Shown: positions 10,736 through 21,561 of the stretch, in pieces
Layout: each line of letters opens with the position of its first letter
Position numbering within the stretch: position 1 is the stretch's first letter
NCBI GenBank assembly: GCA_963755915.1
Contig: CAVWLP010000003.1
Coordinates: 1,088,001 to 1,152,000 of the forward strand
Length of the DNA stretch: 64,000 nt
DNA from: an uncultured Phycisphaerales bacterium
Lineage (GTDB): Bacteria; Planctomycetota; Phycisphaerae; Tepidisphaerales; Tepidisphaeraceae
Direction of reading: 5' to 3'
The notes under the pieces: model-generated
Seen by the model: only the letters and a program-made list of their open reading frames with translations
What the model was told of the DNA's origin: nothing
Databases searched by the model: none
Made by a program: the position numbers and the translations under genes

Positions 10736-11790
10736 ATGAAATTAAGCGATCTGACGAGTCAGGCGGGGGAATGGCTCCGCGGCAGCGGGCCCATGAGCGA
10801 GATCGTGATCTCCTCGCGCATCCGCCTGGCAAGGAATGTATCCGGGTATCCGTTCCTGGCCCGGTGTCCGAAATCCAAGCGGCAGGAGCTGGAGCAGAAG
10901 GTTCGAGACACGATTTTGCAGGGACGGCTTTCGCCGCGGATGCTTTACGTCGATCTGGAATCGGCACCGGAAATCGACCGGCTGCTGCTGGTGGAACGGC
11001 ATCTGATCAGCCGGCCGCATAAGGACGCGCAGGGGCGCGCGGGGTGGCGATCGGGGAAAACGAAACGCTAGCGATCATGGTCAATGAGGAAGACCATCTT
11101 CGCATCCAGGTTCTTCGCAGCGGGCTCCAGCTTGAAGAGGCGTGGGAACAGATTAACGCGGTGGACGATCAGCTCGAGTCGTCACTGGATTTCGCGTTCA
11201 ATCCGCGGTTTGGATATCTGACGGCGTGCCCGACGAACGTGGGGACGGGAATTCGCGTGAGCGTGATGCTGCATCTGCCGGCGCTGAAGCTTACCAGCGA
11301 AATTGAAAAGGTATTCAGGGCGGCGAAGGAGATGCGTCTGGCGGTGCGCGGGCTGTATGGCGAGGGAACCGAAGCGACGGGGGATTTTTACCAGATTTCC
11401 AACCAGACGACGCTGGGGAAGAGCGAAGATGAGATCATTCGCGATTTCAAGGACGTGGTGATTCCCAAGATCATCGACTATGAGCACCACGCCAGGCGGG
11501 CGCTGCTCAGCGAGAGGCCGCTGGCGCTGGATGACAAGGTTTACCGGGCGCTGGGGCTGTTGCGGACGGCGCGGCTGATGGAGACCGAGGAGACGCTGGT
11601 GGCGCTGAGCCACGTGCGGCTGGGGGTGAACCTCAAGCGGGTGAAAGACATCGACATTAACAAGGTCAATGAGCTATTCCTGCTGACGCAGGAGGCACAT
11701 CTTCAACGGATGGTGGGGAAGAAGCTGGATGGGGAAGCGCGGAAAGCGGCGCGGGCGGAGTTCATTCGGCAGAAATTGTCGGCAAATTAA
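10736..11790 (+). CDS. mcsB: Protein-arginine kinase McsB, frameshift near 11040
   Basis: SSRIRLARN, ERHLIS, MVNEEDHLRIQ, GYLTACPTNVGTG.R.SVMLHLPAL, QISNQTTLG. Confidence 0.93.
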
Positions 11791-13037
11791 AAAATAGCTA
11801 TTTCAAGCCAGAACGTGCTCGGGCGGCGCTTCGGAGATGCCGGCGGGATGGGGGGGTGTTTGAATCTGCGGCGATAGAATCGGCGCAGGCGCTTGTAGCC
11901 CAACCGAATGAAATCGGTGTAGAAGAAAAGGATCAGGCCGGCGTCGTTCCAGGGCATGTCGGTCTTGAGGGCGCCCGAGGTCCATTTCGCCAGGCCGACC
12001 AGGTCGTATTCGGTGACGCAGCGGCGGATTTCCTGGGGAAACATGTGAACGATCGGCGCTTCGCCGGGGGGGAGGGTTGGCTCCTGGACCGTTTCTTCGC
12101 CGTGGAGGAAATCGGCGATGGCGCACTCGTAGTCGACGTTGACGTATTTGCCGAGGTGGTAGGTGGCGATGGTGCGGCCGTTGAATTCGATGACGACGAA
12201 TTCGCCGGTTTTTTCGTTTTGTATCCAGTCGAACCCGCAGAGGCCGTGGAAGCCGGTGAGCTTGCCGACATCGGCGGCGATCTTCTGGAGGCGGTGGTCG
12301 CAGAAATATTTGCGCACACAGGAGGGACCGAATTTTCCGGGCCAGGTGCGGACGGCGTAGGCGCTGGTGTGGCACATGAGCCGGCCATGGCTGTAGAGGG
12401 CGTTGGTCTTGCCGACGGCGCCGTGAACCATTTCCTGGATGACGACGGGGCCGGTGTCGCTGAGTTTCTGGAAGGTGGCAGCAACATTGGCCTTGCTCGC
12501 GACGAGGACCACGCCGGCGCCGGCGCAGTCGACGTCGCGCTTGAAGAAGAGGGGAAAGTTGAGGTCGTCGGCGGCTTTTTTGGCCTCGGCCTGCGTGCGG
12601 CAGACGCGCATGGGGGGGATTGGAATTCCGGCGGCGGCGGCGGATTCCATGAACGCGGCCTTGCGGAAGATCATGTCGGCGTGCGTGAAGGGATCGACGG
12701 GGAAGATTTTGGGAAGCCATTTCTGATCGCGGCAGAGGATGCCGGCCTGGAGCGCCAGTTCATCGCCGAAGACGACCCAGGGGAGGTTGCGGCCATATTG
12801 CCAGATGAGGCTGGAGAGGGCTTTGGCGGCGGAGCGAGGATCGATAGGGCACGGGATGACTTTATCGACGAACCTGGAGGAGCAGACGGGCGTATTGGGA
12901 TCGCCGAGGACGACGATGCGGCAGCCGGCGCCGTAGAGGAGGGAGGGAATGCGGGCGAGGCTGAAGCGATCCTCAAGTGCGATCAGGATCACCTCACGCC
13001 GGTGGGCGTGGTGCAGCTTATGTGCTCCAGCGGACAT
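11787..13037 (-). CDS. ATP-grasp domain protein
   Basis: AGIPIP, FPLFFK, AGAGV, VIQE, GFHGLCGFDW, IEFNGR. Confidence 0.8.
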   Translation of the reverse strand: MSAGAHKLHHAHRREVILIALEDRFSLARIPSLLYGAGCRIVVLGDPNTPVCSSRFVDKVIPCPIDPRSAAKALSSLIWQYGRNLPWVVFGDELALQAGILCRDQKWLPKIFPVDPFTHADMIFRKAAFMESAAAAGIPIPPMRVCRTQAEAKKAADDLNFPLFFKRDVDCAGAGVVLVASKANVAATFQKLSDTGPVVIQEMVHGAVGKTNALYSHGRLMCHTSAYAVRTWPGKFGPSCVRKYFCDHRLQKIAADVGKLTGFHGLCGFDWIQNEKTGEFVVIEFNGRTIATYHLGKYVNVDYECAIADFLHGEETVQEPTLPPGEAPIVHMFPQEIRRCVTEYDLVGLAKWTSGALKTDMPWNDAGLILFFYTDFIRLGYKRLRRFYRRRFKHPPIPPASPKRRPSTFWLEIAIF

Positions 13038-13449
13038 AGATCAATTGTCGGCCGACGACCGCTTAAAATTGAAGTGACGGTCGGCAAACTTCCTCGGGGG
13101 GGAGGCACCCATTGCTTTCCCGGAGGATTTTCCCGCCTGACACCCACAATGTCCAGCCGGAGGGAGCAGAACCGGCAGCCGAAATTGTCGTATGTTATGA
13201 GACGAGAGTTGTGGGAAGGGGCTTTGGCAGGCCCGGAATTCAGGGGATAGAAAAAAGGCGAAAAAGTTGACCGTGATTAACTTCACAATGTTTCTGTCGT
13301 TTTATTAATAGGAAAACAGCGGGTCATTCAGAATCTGCCGGGAATTTAAACACGCCGCCTGGGGTTTTCTGAGTGAGTCGCGCATGCATCGGCACATGGG
13401 TTGCTCATTGTATTAAAGCGACCTCAGACGCTGATGGCGGAGCAAGGCA

Positions 13450-13823
13450 ATGATTACGATCAAGCACTTTATGGACCCTGTCGAGAAGGAGGACGGGAAT
13501 CGGATCTGGGTGGAACCGATTGGGCTGACGCTGGACCTGAAGAAATGGTGCAAGGTGAATCACACCCTGTGCCATGTCGCGCCCCGCGCGATCTGTGGGA
13601 CTGGTTCCTGGAACATCCCGATGGCTACGCCTACTTTCGTGGGCGGTATCACGATTGGCTTCGAAAGAGCCCGTACAAACCGGCGCTGCAGCAGCTCGCT
13701 TTGGCGGCGATGAGGGAGAATATCGCGCTGCTGCATCAGTCGGACGATCCGGCGCATAATTCTGCGACTGCTCTGTATGAATTCCTGTCGGAGCTGGAAG
13801 CGTATTGCGAGCCTGAGTTGTAG
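13450..13823 (+). CDS. DUF488/YeaO-like protein, frameshift near 13585
   Basis: MITIKHFMDPVEKEDGNRIWVE...VAP/PRDLWDWF..HP...FRGRY...LLH...HNSATALYEFL. Confidence 0.75.
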
Positions 13824-13876
13824 GGCGAAATCTCCCGGGCGTAATTCGCAAGTCGCGGGGCTGACATCTTTCCACT

Positions 13877-15292
13877 ATGATCGGCGGGCGCTGGCGTCGA
13901 TCTTCGGTGGCAAAGATTTCATCTGAAAAATCATCAACGAGCGGTGCGGAGCCGGTCTCCTTCTGGCAGGGATTCCGCGCCCTTCGCCATCCCAATTACC
14001 GCCTGTTCTTCGGTGGGCAGCTCATCTCCGTCATCGGGACGTTTCTCACCAACACCGCGATGGGCTGGCTGGCGAGCACCCTTACCAGCGATCCGCGGCA
14101 GAAGGCGATCTACATCAGCATCGTCCTCTTCGCGTCGCAGATTCCGCTGTTCGTGCTGGGCCCCATCGGCGGAGTGTGGGTCGATCGGCTCAATCGCCAG
14201 AAGCTGATTGTGGCAACACAAATATTGTCGATGGTGCAATCGTTTGTGCTGGCGGGGCTGTCGCTTACCGGCAATATCAATGTTTACTGGGCAGTCGGGC
14301 TGGCGCTTTTTCAGGGGCTGATCAACGCGATCGATATCCCCGGCCGGCAGGCGTTTCTGGTGGAAATGGTCACCGATCGGGGTGATCTGGCCAATGCAAT
14401 TGCGCTGAATTCGACGATGGTCCATGGCGCGCGGCTGATCGGGCCGGCGTGCGCGGGGCTGCTAATCCACTGGGTGGGGATGGGATACTGCTTTCTGTTC
14501 GACGGCTTCAGTTACCTGGCGGTGATCGCCGCCCTGCTGGCAATGCACATCGTGCCACGTCCGCGCAAGCAGCGGCAAACGGTGCTGCGTGAATTGCGCG
14601 AAGGTTTCCGCTATGTCGCCCATTTTCCTCCGGCGCGGGAGCTGTTGATGCTCATGGCCATATTCAGCCTCTCCGGCGTCCCCGCCATGATGGTGCTGAT
14701 GCCGCTGTTTGGCCTGCGCTTTGGCGGAACGGCGCGTGGGGACCTGGTTTACGGGTTTCTCAGCGCCGCTTCGGGGCTGGGGGCGCTCTTTGGGGCGATT
14801 CGCCTGGCGCTGCGCAAGACGGTGCTGGGGCTGGGGCGGATCATCGCCCTTTCGTCGCTCCTGTTTGCGCTGGGAATCGCGTGCTTTGCGTTCTCGCCCC
14901 ACCTGGCGATTTCACTGCTGATTCTGCCGTTTTGCGGGTGGGGAATGATCACCAATTTCGCCGCTTCGAATACGATTCTGCAGACGATCGTCGACGACGA
15001 CAAACGGGGAAGGGTGATGAGCCTCTTCGCGATGTCGTTCATGGGGATGACGCCGTTCGGGGTTTTGATCGCGGGAGGACTGGCGTCGCACCTGGCGGTC
15101 GATCCGTTCGTCGGGGCGTCGCGCACGCTGCTGATCATGTCGGCGGTTTGCATCGCGGCGACGGTGCATTACTGGGCGAAACTGCCGAGGATTCGCGAGT
15201 TCATCCGGCCGATTTACATCAAGCAGGGGATTCTGCCTCAAATCGCCGAAGGCTTGCAGATCGCAGCGGCGCAGGTGCCCACCGAGTCGTAA
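13877..15292 (+). CDS. MFS transporter
   Basis: ALRHPNYRLFFGGQLIS, GVWVDRLNRQKL, RGRVMS, about 12 TM segments. Confidence 0.92.
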   Translation: MIGGRWRRSSVAKISSEKSSTSGAEPVSFWQGFRALRHPNYRLFFGGQLISVIGTFLTNTAMGWLASTLTSDPRQKAIYISIVLFASQIPLFVLGPIGGVWVDRLNRQKLIVATQILSMVQSFVLAGLSLTGNINVYWAVGLALFQGLINAIDIPGRQAFLVEMVTDRGDLANAIALNSTMVHGARLIGPACAGLLIHWVGMGYCFLFDGFSYLAVIAALLAMHIVPRPRKQRQTVLRELREGFRYVAHFPPARELLMLMAIFSLSGVPAMMVLMPLFGLRFGGTARGDLVYGFLSAASGLGALFGAIRLALRKTVLGLGRIIALSSLLFALGIACFAFSPHLAISLLILPFCGWGMITNFAASNTILQTIVDDDKRGRVMSLFAMSFMGMTPFGVLIAGGLASHLAVDPFVGASRTLLIMSAVCIAATVHYWAKLPRIREFIRPIYIKQGILPQIAEGLQIAAAQVPTES

Positions 15293-15305
15293 CGTCGAGA
15301 CAAAT

Positions 15306-16798
15306 TTGACCACCCCGCTTATAAACCCATCCAACGTGTCCCCCGAGTCGCTGGAAAAACTTTTGCGCGATCTGCCGCGGATCGGCACGCTCGTCAGGGA
15401 CCGCGGCTACCGGCAGATCTGGCGGTTCGAATTCGAGGGGCGGGGGTATTACCTGAAATATTATCCGCGCCGGGGATCGGCGCTGAAGCGGCTGGTTCGC
15501 GGCAGTCCGGCGCTGCGGGAATTCGTGCGGCTCCAGGCGCTGCAACGCGCCGGCATCAACGCGCCGCGCGCGGTGGCGCAACTTTCGGGATTCCAGTTGC
15601 GCGGCGACTTGGGAGACGCGGTGATTCTTGAGGCGATCGAGCCGGCGGTGCAGCTCGATCAATATGTCACCGATCTTGCGATGCAGGGGGATCCGATCCC
15701 CAATCGGGTGGAGCTTGGCGACAAAATCATCGGGCTGTGCGCAGTCTCGGCGAAGCCCGGCTCGGACACGACGATCTCCACCTGGGAAACATGCTGCTTC
15801 AGGATGGGGAAGTCTTTTTGCTCGACGGATATGCGGTTCGATTCGGCGGCCTGCGTCTCAAAAACGTGATGAAGCTGGCGCACAGCGTTCGCGGATTGGC
15901 GACGCGGACCGACCTTTGGCGCGCCTGGAACGAGCTTGGCCCGGGCGGACCGATGCCGTTGCGCAATCCCCTCAGCGACCCGCAGTGGCGGAAATTCCTC
16001 CAGCGCACGCATGGCGAAAATGAATATTTCGGAAAATTGAGTTTCGGCGCCTGGCGCGGGCACTTCTTCAAGAGATATAAATATCCGCGCCGCTGGGCGC
16101 CGGTCAGCGAACTTCAGTTCAAACGGGAAGACTGGGAGAGATCGTGGCCGCAGCTTCTGCAGAAAATCGAAGCCGGCGAATTCGAGGCGATCAAGCGCGG
16201 CCCCAGCGGGGAAGTCCTTTCGGGGCAGATACAGCTTGGCGAAAAATCAATTTCGGTGATCCTGAAGCGGCCATTCAAGAGATATTGGTATCGCTATCTG
16301 AATGAGATCGGCCGGGGCAGCCGGGCGTGGCGGGCGTGGTACAAGGCGTGGACGCTGATCGTGCGCGATCTTCCCACGGCGTGGCCCCTGGCGGTGATGC
16401 AGAAGCGGGTGATGGGGTACATCACCGACAGCGTGATCGTGCTGGAACGGGTTGAGGGGCCGGTCCTGGCCCACGCGGACCTGGACGCGATGAATCCCAC
16501 TCAGCGCGACATGCTTTTTCGCCGGACGGGCAAAATACTTCGGCAGATCGACGACCTTGGTCTTTCGCATTTCGACGCGAAGGCGAGCAATTGGATCGTT
16601 CAGGAGGACCCAAAACTCGGCCCGCGTCCGATCATCGTTGACGCCGACGCGATCAGGTTCCGCCGCTGGCGGGCGCTGGGGATTGAGCGTTTGTTAAGGG
16701 CCATGCGCGATCACCCGCAGTACACTCCGGCCGATTCCCTGGCCCTTTGCCAGGGATATGCCCCCTTCTCGCGAATCGGTCGCGAACGACCGGCGTGA
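15306..16798 (+). CDS. Tandem lipopolysaccharide kinase (Kdo/WaaP/InaA-like) domains, frameshift near 15735
   Basis: Two kinase-like halves: YYLK...REF..L..L...HDDLHLGNMLL...LLDG and VILKR...SRAWRAW...HFDAKASNW...IIVDAD. Confidence 0.78.
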
Positions 16799-16906
16799 CA
16801 ACTTGTCGCATATTTTATTAAGATTTGGTTAGTTCTGTTCGAGGGTTTGTTCAATTGAGGACGAAGGGATAGAGTGGGGGGACCAGGACGTACCGGGAAG
16901 GCAAAT

Positions 16907-17323
16907 ATGACAGCGCAAATGCGGGCCGCATTTCGAGCGGTCGTTCTACCTGCCAGCGAACCCCCTCCGACTTACGACACCCCAACGCGCAGGCTGCTTG
17001 GGGAGCTTGGCCATGATGTGGCACGCGCGGCTTCGCCCGATCATGCGATGCAATTGATCGCCTCCGACCACACCGACCTTCTGGTCGTCGATATCAGCAA
17101 CAGCAACAATCGGGAATTGTTAGATTCGCTTGAGGATCTGCCTGAATCGCAGCGCCCCGATCAGGTAGCGGTCTTCAGCGATACCGGTGATGTGTCGCTG
17201 CGAGATCTGCGCCGAAAGGCAGCCCCCTCCCACGTTCACGTCTTCTTGAAGCCGCTGCACATGCACGGACTTCTGGGCGTGCTCCGGCAGATGGAACGCC
17301 GGCAGACGACGCCCGACGCGTGA
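16907..17323 (+). CDS. Degenerate single-domain receiver-like protein
   Basis: LGHDV..A...DLLVVD...AVFSD...FLKPL. Confidence 0.6.
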   Translation: MTAQMRAAFRAVVLPASEPPPTYDTPTRRLLGELGHDVARAASPDHAMQLIASDHTDLLVVDISNSNNRELLDSLEDLPESQRPDQVAVFSDTGDVSLRDLRRKAAPSHVHVFLKPLHMHGLLGVLRQMERRQTTPDA

Positions 17324-17354
17324 ATACTCTCGACGCCTGAATAGCTCTCTCTCT

Positions 17355-18764
17355 TCAAAGCGACAACTGAAATTGCGCCCGCAGAAGGAACTCGTTGCGC
17401 CCGTTGTCCTGGAGGATATCGAGGTAGTTCACGTCTGTCGGGCAGCCATTGGGCAGCCATGTGCCGTCGAGGGTGAATTTGGCTTCCTTGGCCATGAAGT
17501 AGTAATTGGCCCCGATGGTGATCTCGTTGAGATTGTCCTGCACGACGCCGGGAATCGCTTTGCCGTCGAGGTGGGTGTAGTCGTAGCGGAAGAAGGGCTC
17601 AATGTAAGGCGTCAGCATATACGCGACCTGGACCATGACGCCGTTGTCGTAATAGCTCCCGGGCGCCACGCCGCGATTGGTTTTGATTTCGCGATAGACG
17701 CCCAGGTATGCGCCATAGATTGACCACCCGCTGGCGGTGGAGAATTGGGCATCGACGGTGTGGAAGAGGATATTGTTGGCGCCGGATTCGGAGTAATCGA
17801 CTCCGGCGCCAGGGACCAAAATATCCTGGCTGTCGCCGCGGGCGGTGAAATGGTCGTACTCCGAAAATGGATTGAACGACGGTTCGCGGTCGCCAATGGC
17901 AAGATATTCAACCCGCCCGCTGGCCCCCCAGTTGGTCGGCTGAAGCCCCGCCGACGCCGACACGGCCGATCCCAGACCACTCGAACTGTAAAACGGCTGG
18001 TTCAATCCATCGTACCCATCGTGCACCGCCAACTGCCCGCGCAAGCGGTCCTGATCGTAAATAATCGCCGCCCCCTGCACGCGATCCAGCTCGCCCCCAC
18101 CCACCAGCGCGCTTGCCAGCGACCGATCGGCGGCCATCAGTTGGCTCGGCAACAGGTTCTGTTCGTGCCAGACCGGATCCTTAAACTGCCCGACTTTGAT
18201 CGCCAGCGGCGATTGCAGCCCCACGCGATACATCGCGTAGGCGTCGAGGAGGGTCAACTGCCTCATGCTCGCGTCGTCGGCAAGCTGGATGTAGTAAGTC
18301 AGCAACTGGGAAAAGAGATTTCCGTCCAAGGTCAGACGAAACCGGGTCATCTCAAAACCGTTTTGGGTGTCGTCGCCCTGCTTGCCGGTGACTCCGCCGT
18401 CGCCGGTGGGGATGCGGGTGCGGTAGTCGGTGACGTTGCGGAACTGCATCAGGATGCCGGGGTGGGCGGAGAAATTTCCGTCGTCGCTTTGGATGATGAA
18501 ACCGACATCAGGGTCGTAGCCGCTGAAGAATGGTACGTCGGAGATGAATTTGGAATGGGCGTCGGCGTCGTCCTGGATTTGATTCATCACGGCGCTTTGC
18601 CGGGCGGCGGACTGGGACTGGAGGCGATCGATCCGCGCGTCAAGGTCGGCGATTTTCTGCCGCAGCGCCGCATCCGACGGCCGCGAGGTCGGCTCCGCCC
18701 CCCGCGCGGTTGATCCGATCGATGCGAAAATCAGACCGGCGGCGAGGAGGATCTTTCGCAGCAT
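17355..18764 (-). CDS. Outer-membrane porin (OprO/P-like) with N-terminal coiled coil
   Basis: Signal peptide, coiled coil, GF.I.SDDGNF, KVGQFKDPVWHE, NEITIGANYY, ends LRAQFQLSL. Confidence 0.82.
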   Translation of the reverse strand: MLRKILLAAGLIFASIGSTARGAEPTSRPSDAALRQKIADLDARIDRLQSQSAARQSAVMNQIQDDADAHSKFISDVPFFSGYDPDVGFIIQSDDGNFSAHPGILMQFRNVTDYRTRIPTGDGGVTGKQGDDTQNGFEMTRFRLTLDGNLFSQLLTYYIQLADDASMRQLTLLDAYAMYRVGLQSPLAIKVGQFKDPVWHEQNLLPSQLMAADRSLASALVGGGELDRVQGAAIIYDQDRLRGQLAVHDGYDGLNQPFYSSSGLGSAVSASAGLQPTNWGASGRVEYLAIGDREPSFNPFSEYDHFTARGDSQDILVPGAGVDYSESGANNILFHTVDAQFSTASGWSIYGAYLGVYREIKTNRGVAPGSYYDNGVMVQVAYMLTPYIEPFFRYDYTHLDGKAIPGVVQDNLNEITIGANYYFMAKEAKFTLDGTWLPNGCPTDVNYLDILQDNGRNEFLLRAQFQLSL

Positions 18765-18803
18765 TCTGGTTCGATCGCGCCAGGCGCGCCGTAAGGAGAT
18801 TCG

Positions 18804-20282
18804 TCAGATCGCCAACTGGAATTGCACCCGACCGACCCATTCCGTGTGGTTCTGATTCGCCAGGATGCCCAGGCCGGGCGCGTCGACGGTCGACCCGCTG
18901 GGCAGGAAACTGATGTCGCCTGAAATCTTGGCGTTGTAGCCGTAGATGTAATAATTCACGCCGGCGGTGAACTCGTTGTTGTTGTTGGTAGCGCCGGCGT
19001 TGCCCCCGGGTTTCTTGTTCCCAAACGCCAGGATGTCGGCGTATCGGCTGTCGAGCACGGCCACGTCGTAACGCCCAAACACTTCCACCTGGGGCCTGAT
19101 TTTGTACGCCGCCTGAATGATGAACCCGTAGTTCGGATAACTGCCGGCTACGTCGCGCTCCAGGATGGACGTCGAGTCGTTGTTGTCCGACCAATCGTTG
19201 TAATCCAGCAGAAATGCGCCGTAGAGGCTCAAACCGCAGCGAGAGATGTATGAACCGTCGAGGGTGAGATAAATGTTGTCGAGGTTCGACGCTTCGGCCC
19301 ACTCGAAACCACCGCCGACGAAAGCCGCATCGGTCTTCGCGTTGAGGGAGGAGAACGAGTTGTAGGCGTCCCACGCCGTCTGGTTCCCCTTGATCTTGTA
19401 ATCCACTCGCCCGCCGATGCCGAAATTCTGCGCCGGAAATCCCGTGACGGCCGGCACATCATAGAACGGCGTATTGGCGGTGTTTTTCCCGTCGGTCAGA
19501 TCGACTTCATCGTGCATGCACTGGTTCTGATACTGCAGCGCCACGCCCTGCACCCGCTCGGCGATGTTGTTGAGCCCATTGTTGCCGCCCAGAATCGCGC
19601 CGGCGAGGGAGCGATCGACCATCGCCTGGTGGGCGTCGTCGACGTTTGACTCGTGCCAGATCGGATCGACGTATTGCCCGGCCTTGACGATCCAGGGGCA
19701 ATCGTTGTTGAAGCGATAGGTGGCATAGGCGTCCTGGAGAGTGACGCCCCCGCCGCTGGAGGGGACGTCGATCATGACGTAATACTGGAGGTTGGGGCCG
19801 CCGATGTGTCCATCGAGGCCGATCATGAGATTGTGGACTTCAAAGCCGTCGGTCTCGTGGCTTCCGAGCACGGGATGGGCGGTTCCGCCGCCGGTGTCGC
19901 CGTTGCTGAATTCGCGGACGCCCTGGCGGTCGTTGATGTCTCCGCGAAACTGTCCGAGCAGCCAGGGATTGAGCATGAAATTGCCGTCGTCGCTGGAGAG
20001 ATAGAACCCGATGTTGGGGTCATATCCCGCGGCGATGTTGCCGACATCGCTCGACATGAATTTGCTGTTCTGGTCGGCGTTGGATTGGATCGCCTGCATC
20101 GTGTTCGAGTCGTTGTTCTGCTGCTGGTTTTCCAGCGCCTGCACCTTGGCCTCAAGCTGATCGACCTTCTGCTGAAGCTGCTGGTTGTTCTGCGAGTCGT
20201 CGGCGCGGGCGATGTCCACTCCGCAGGCGATCGCTGCAACCGCGAGAGCAACATAAATTCTATTTTTACCTGTAACGTGCAT
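18804..20282 (-). CDS. Outer-membrane porin (OprO/P-like), paralog
   Basis: Signal peptide, QQLQQKVDQLEAKVQALE, KAGQYVDPIWHE, NEFTAGVNYY, ends GRVQFQLAI. Confidence 0.82.
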   Translation of the reverse strand: MHVTGKNRIYVALAVAAIACGVDIARADDSQNNQQLQQKVDQLEAKVQALENQQQNNDSNTMQAIQSNADQNSKFMSSDVGNIAAGYDPNIGFYLSSDDGNFMLNPWLLGQFRGDINDRQGVREFSNGDTGGGTAHPVLGSHETDGFEVHNLMIGLDGHIGGPNLQYYVMIDVPSSGGGVTLQDAYATYRFNNDCPWIVKAGQYVDPIWHESNVDDAHQAMVDRSLAGAILGGNNGLNNIAERVQGVALQYQNQCMHDEVDLTDGKNTANTPFYDVPAVTGFPAQNFGIGGRVDYKIKGNQTAWDAYNSFSSLNAKTDAAFVGGGFEWAEASNLDNIYLTLDGSYISRCGLSLYGAFLLDYNDWSDNNDSTSILERDVAGSYPNYGFIIQAAYKIRPQVEVFGRYDVAVLDSRYADILAFGNKKPGGNAGATNNNNEFTAGVNYYIYGYNAKISGDISFLPSGSTVDAPGLGILANQNHTEWVGRVQFQLAI

Positions 20283-20407
20283 TCTGATTCCTTTCCTGTT
20301 CCGCCACGTTCAGATTCGGTCAGCGCAGGGCGCGGGGATGATTTTTTCGGGGACGTGAATGCGTCCGATAAACGCGCGCGGCAAAACGCCGCAACGTCAA
20401 TCGGACG

Positions 20408-20602
20408 TCACGACAATCCGTCCCAGCGCTCCGCGTCTTCGTCGTTGCGAATGGGAATGTCGGTGGCCCATCTCCGCGCTGTCTGCGACGGAAGATCAAA
20501 CAAGCTCGGACCCGGCAACTCGCGCTTGAAAACCCTTCGCGATGCGACCGGCGAGCGCGCCCGCTCCAGCAAATCCTCGGCAAGTGCAACCGTGCAACTC
20601 AT
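20408..20602 (-). CDS. 64-aa small protein ending DEDAERWDGLS
   Basis: AAGGAG Shine-Dalgarno 7 nt upstream of ATG; fills the gap upstream of the porin pair. Confidence 0.6.
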   Translation of the reverse strand: MSCTVALAEDLLERARSPVASRRVFKRELPGPSLFDLPSQTARRWATDIPIRNDEDAERWDGLS

Positions 20603-20756
20603 ACTCTGGCTCCTTCCGCGGCGATCACGTCCGTGCGTGAACCATCCGTTAAAATTTCCAGCGGTCGGATCGGACCAGAACCCCTTCCACCATTAGTTGT
20701 GGCATCTGAATTTTCTGCGTCTGATAATCCAATCTCCATCAACTCCGATAATCGCT

Positions 20757-20805
20757 CTCTTACCCCCGCCCCCGGTAATCCGGGGGAGGGCAGGGGAGGG
20801 GGTTG
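20757..20805. repeat. REP-like C-rich/G-rich palindrome
   Basis: ccccgcccccgg-taat-ccgggggagggcaggggaggggg imperfect hairpin in intergenic DNA. Confidence 0.5.
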
Positions 20806-20856
20806 AGGCGCGAGCTTAGTTGCGTCCCGCGCCGCGCATTGTTACCACTTGCGGAA

Positions 20857-21429
20857 ATGTCCATCCTCTCTGACATCCAGGAACACAACCGGCTATTCGT
20901 TGAACGCCGCGAGTACGAGCCATTTCGCACGGATGTCTTTCCGGACAAAAAGCTCGTGGTGCTGACCTGCATGGACACCCGGCTTGTCGAGCTTTTGCCG
21001 CGAGCGATGAATCTGAAGAACGGCGACGCCAAGATCATCAAAAACGCCGGGGCGATCGTTTCCCACCCGTTCGGCAGCGTCATGCGCAGCGTGCTGGTGG
21101 CAGTGTATGAGCTGACGGCCGCGGAAGTGGCCGTGGTTGGGCATTTTAACTGCGGCATGACCGGCCTAAGTTGCGAGCGCGTCATGCAGAAGGTGCTGGC
21201 ACGCGGCATTGAGCCGAGCATCATCAAGACGCTCGAACATTCCGGCATCAATCTCCCGGAGTGGTTGCGCGGCTTCAATTCCCCGGAAGACGGCGTTCGA
21301 CGCAGCGTCGATGTCATTCGAAATCACCCGCTGCTGCCGAAGGATATTCCCGTGCATGGGTTGATGATCTCGCCGGAGACGGGGAAGCTGGATTTATTGA
21401 TCGACGGGTACAAGGCGGTTAAGTCTTAG
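20857..21429 (+). CDS. Beta-class carbonic anhydrase
   Basis: LTCMDTR, KNAG, GHFNCGM zinc ligands. Confidence 0.93.
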   Translation: MSILSDIQEHNRLFVERREYEPFRTDVFPDKKLVVLTCMDTRLVELLPRAMNLKNGDAKIIKNAGAIVSHPFGSVMRSVLVAVYELTAAEVAVVGHFNCGMTGLSCERVMQKVLARGIEPSIIKTLEHSGINLPEWLRGFNSPEDGVRRSVDVIRNHPLLPKDIPVHGLMISPETGKLDLLIDGYKAVKS

Positions 21430-21561
21430 TCGGGGGCGCGTGGGGCCTGTGAGTCCGAGTATCAAACGAAAATTCGCGGCCGCTTTCGGTGCATCGTTTC
21501 AATGTTTGCCTCTTGAAATACCGAAGAAATAGGTATACCGATTGCGCAAGGAGACAGCGGA

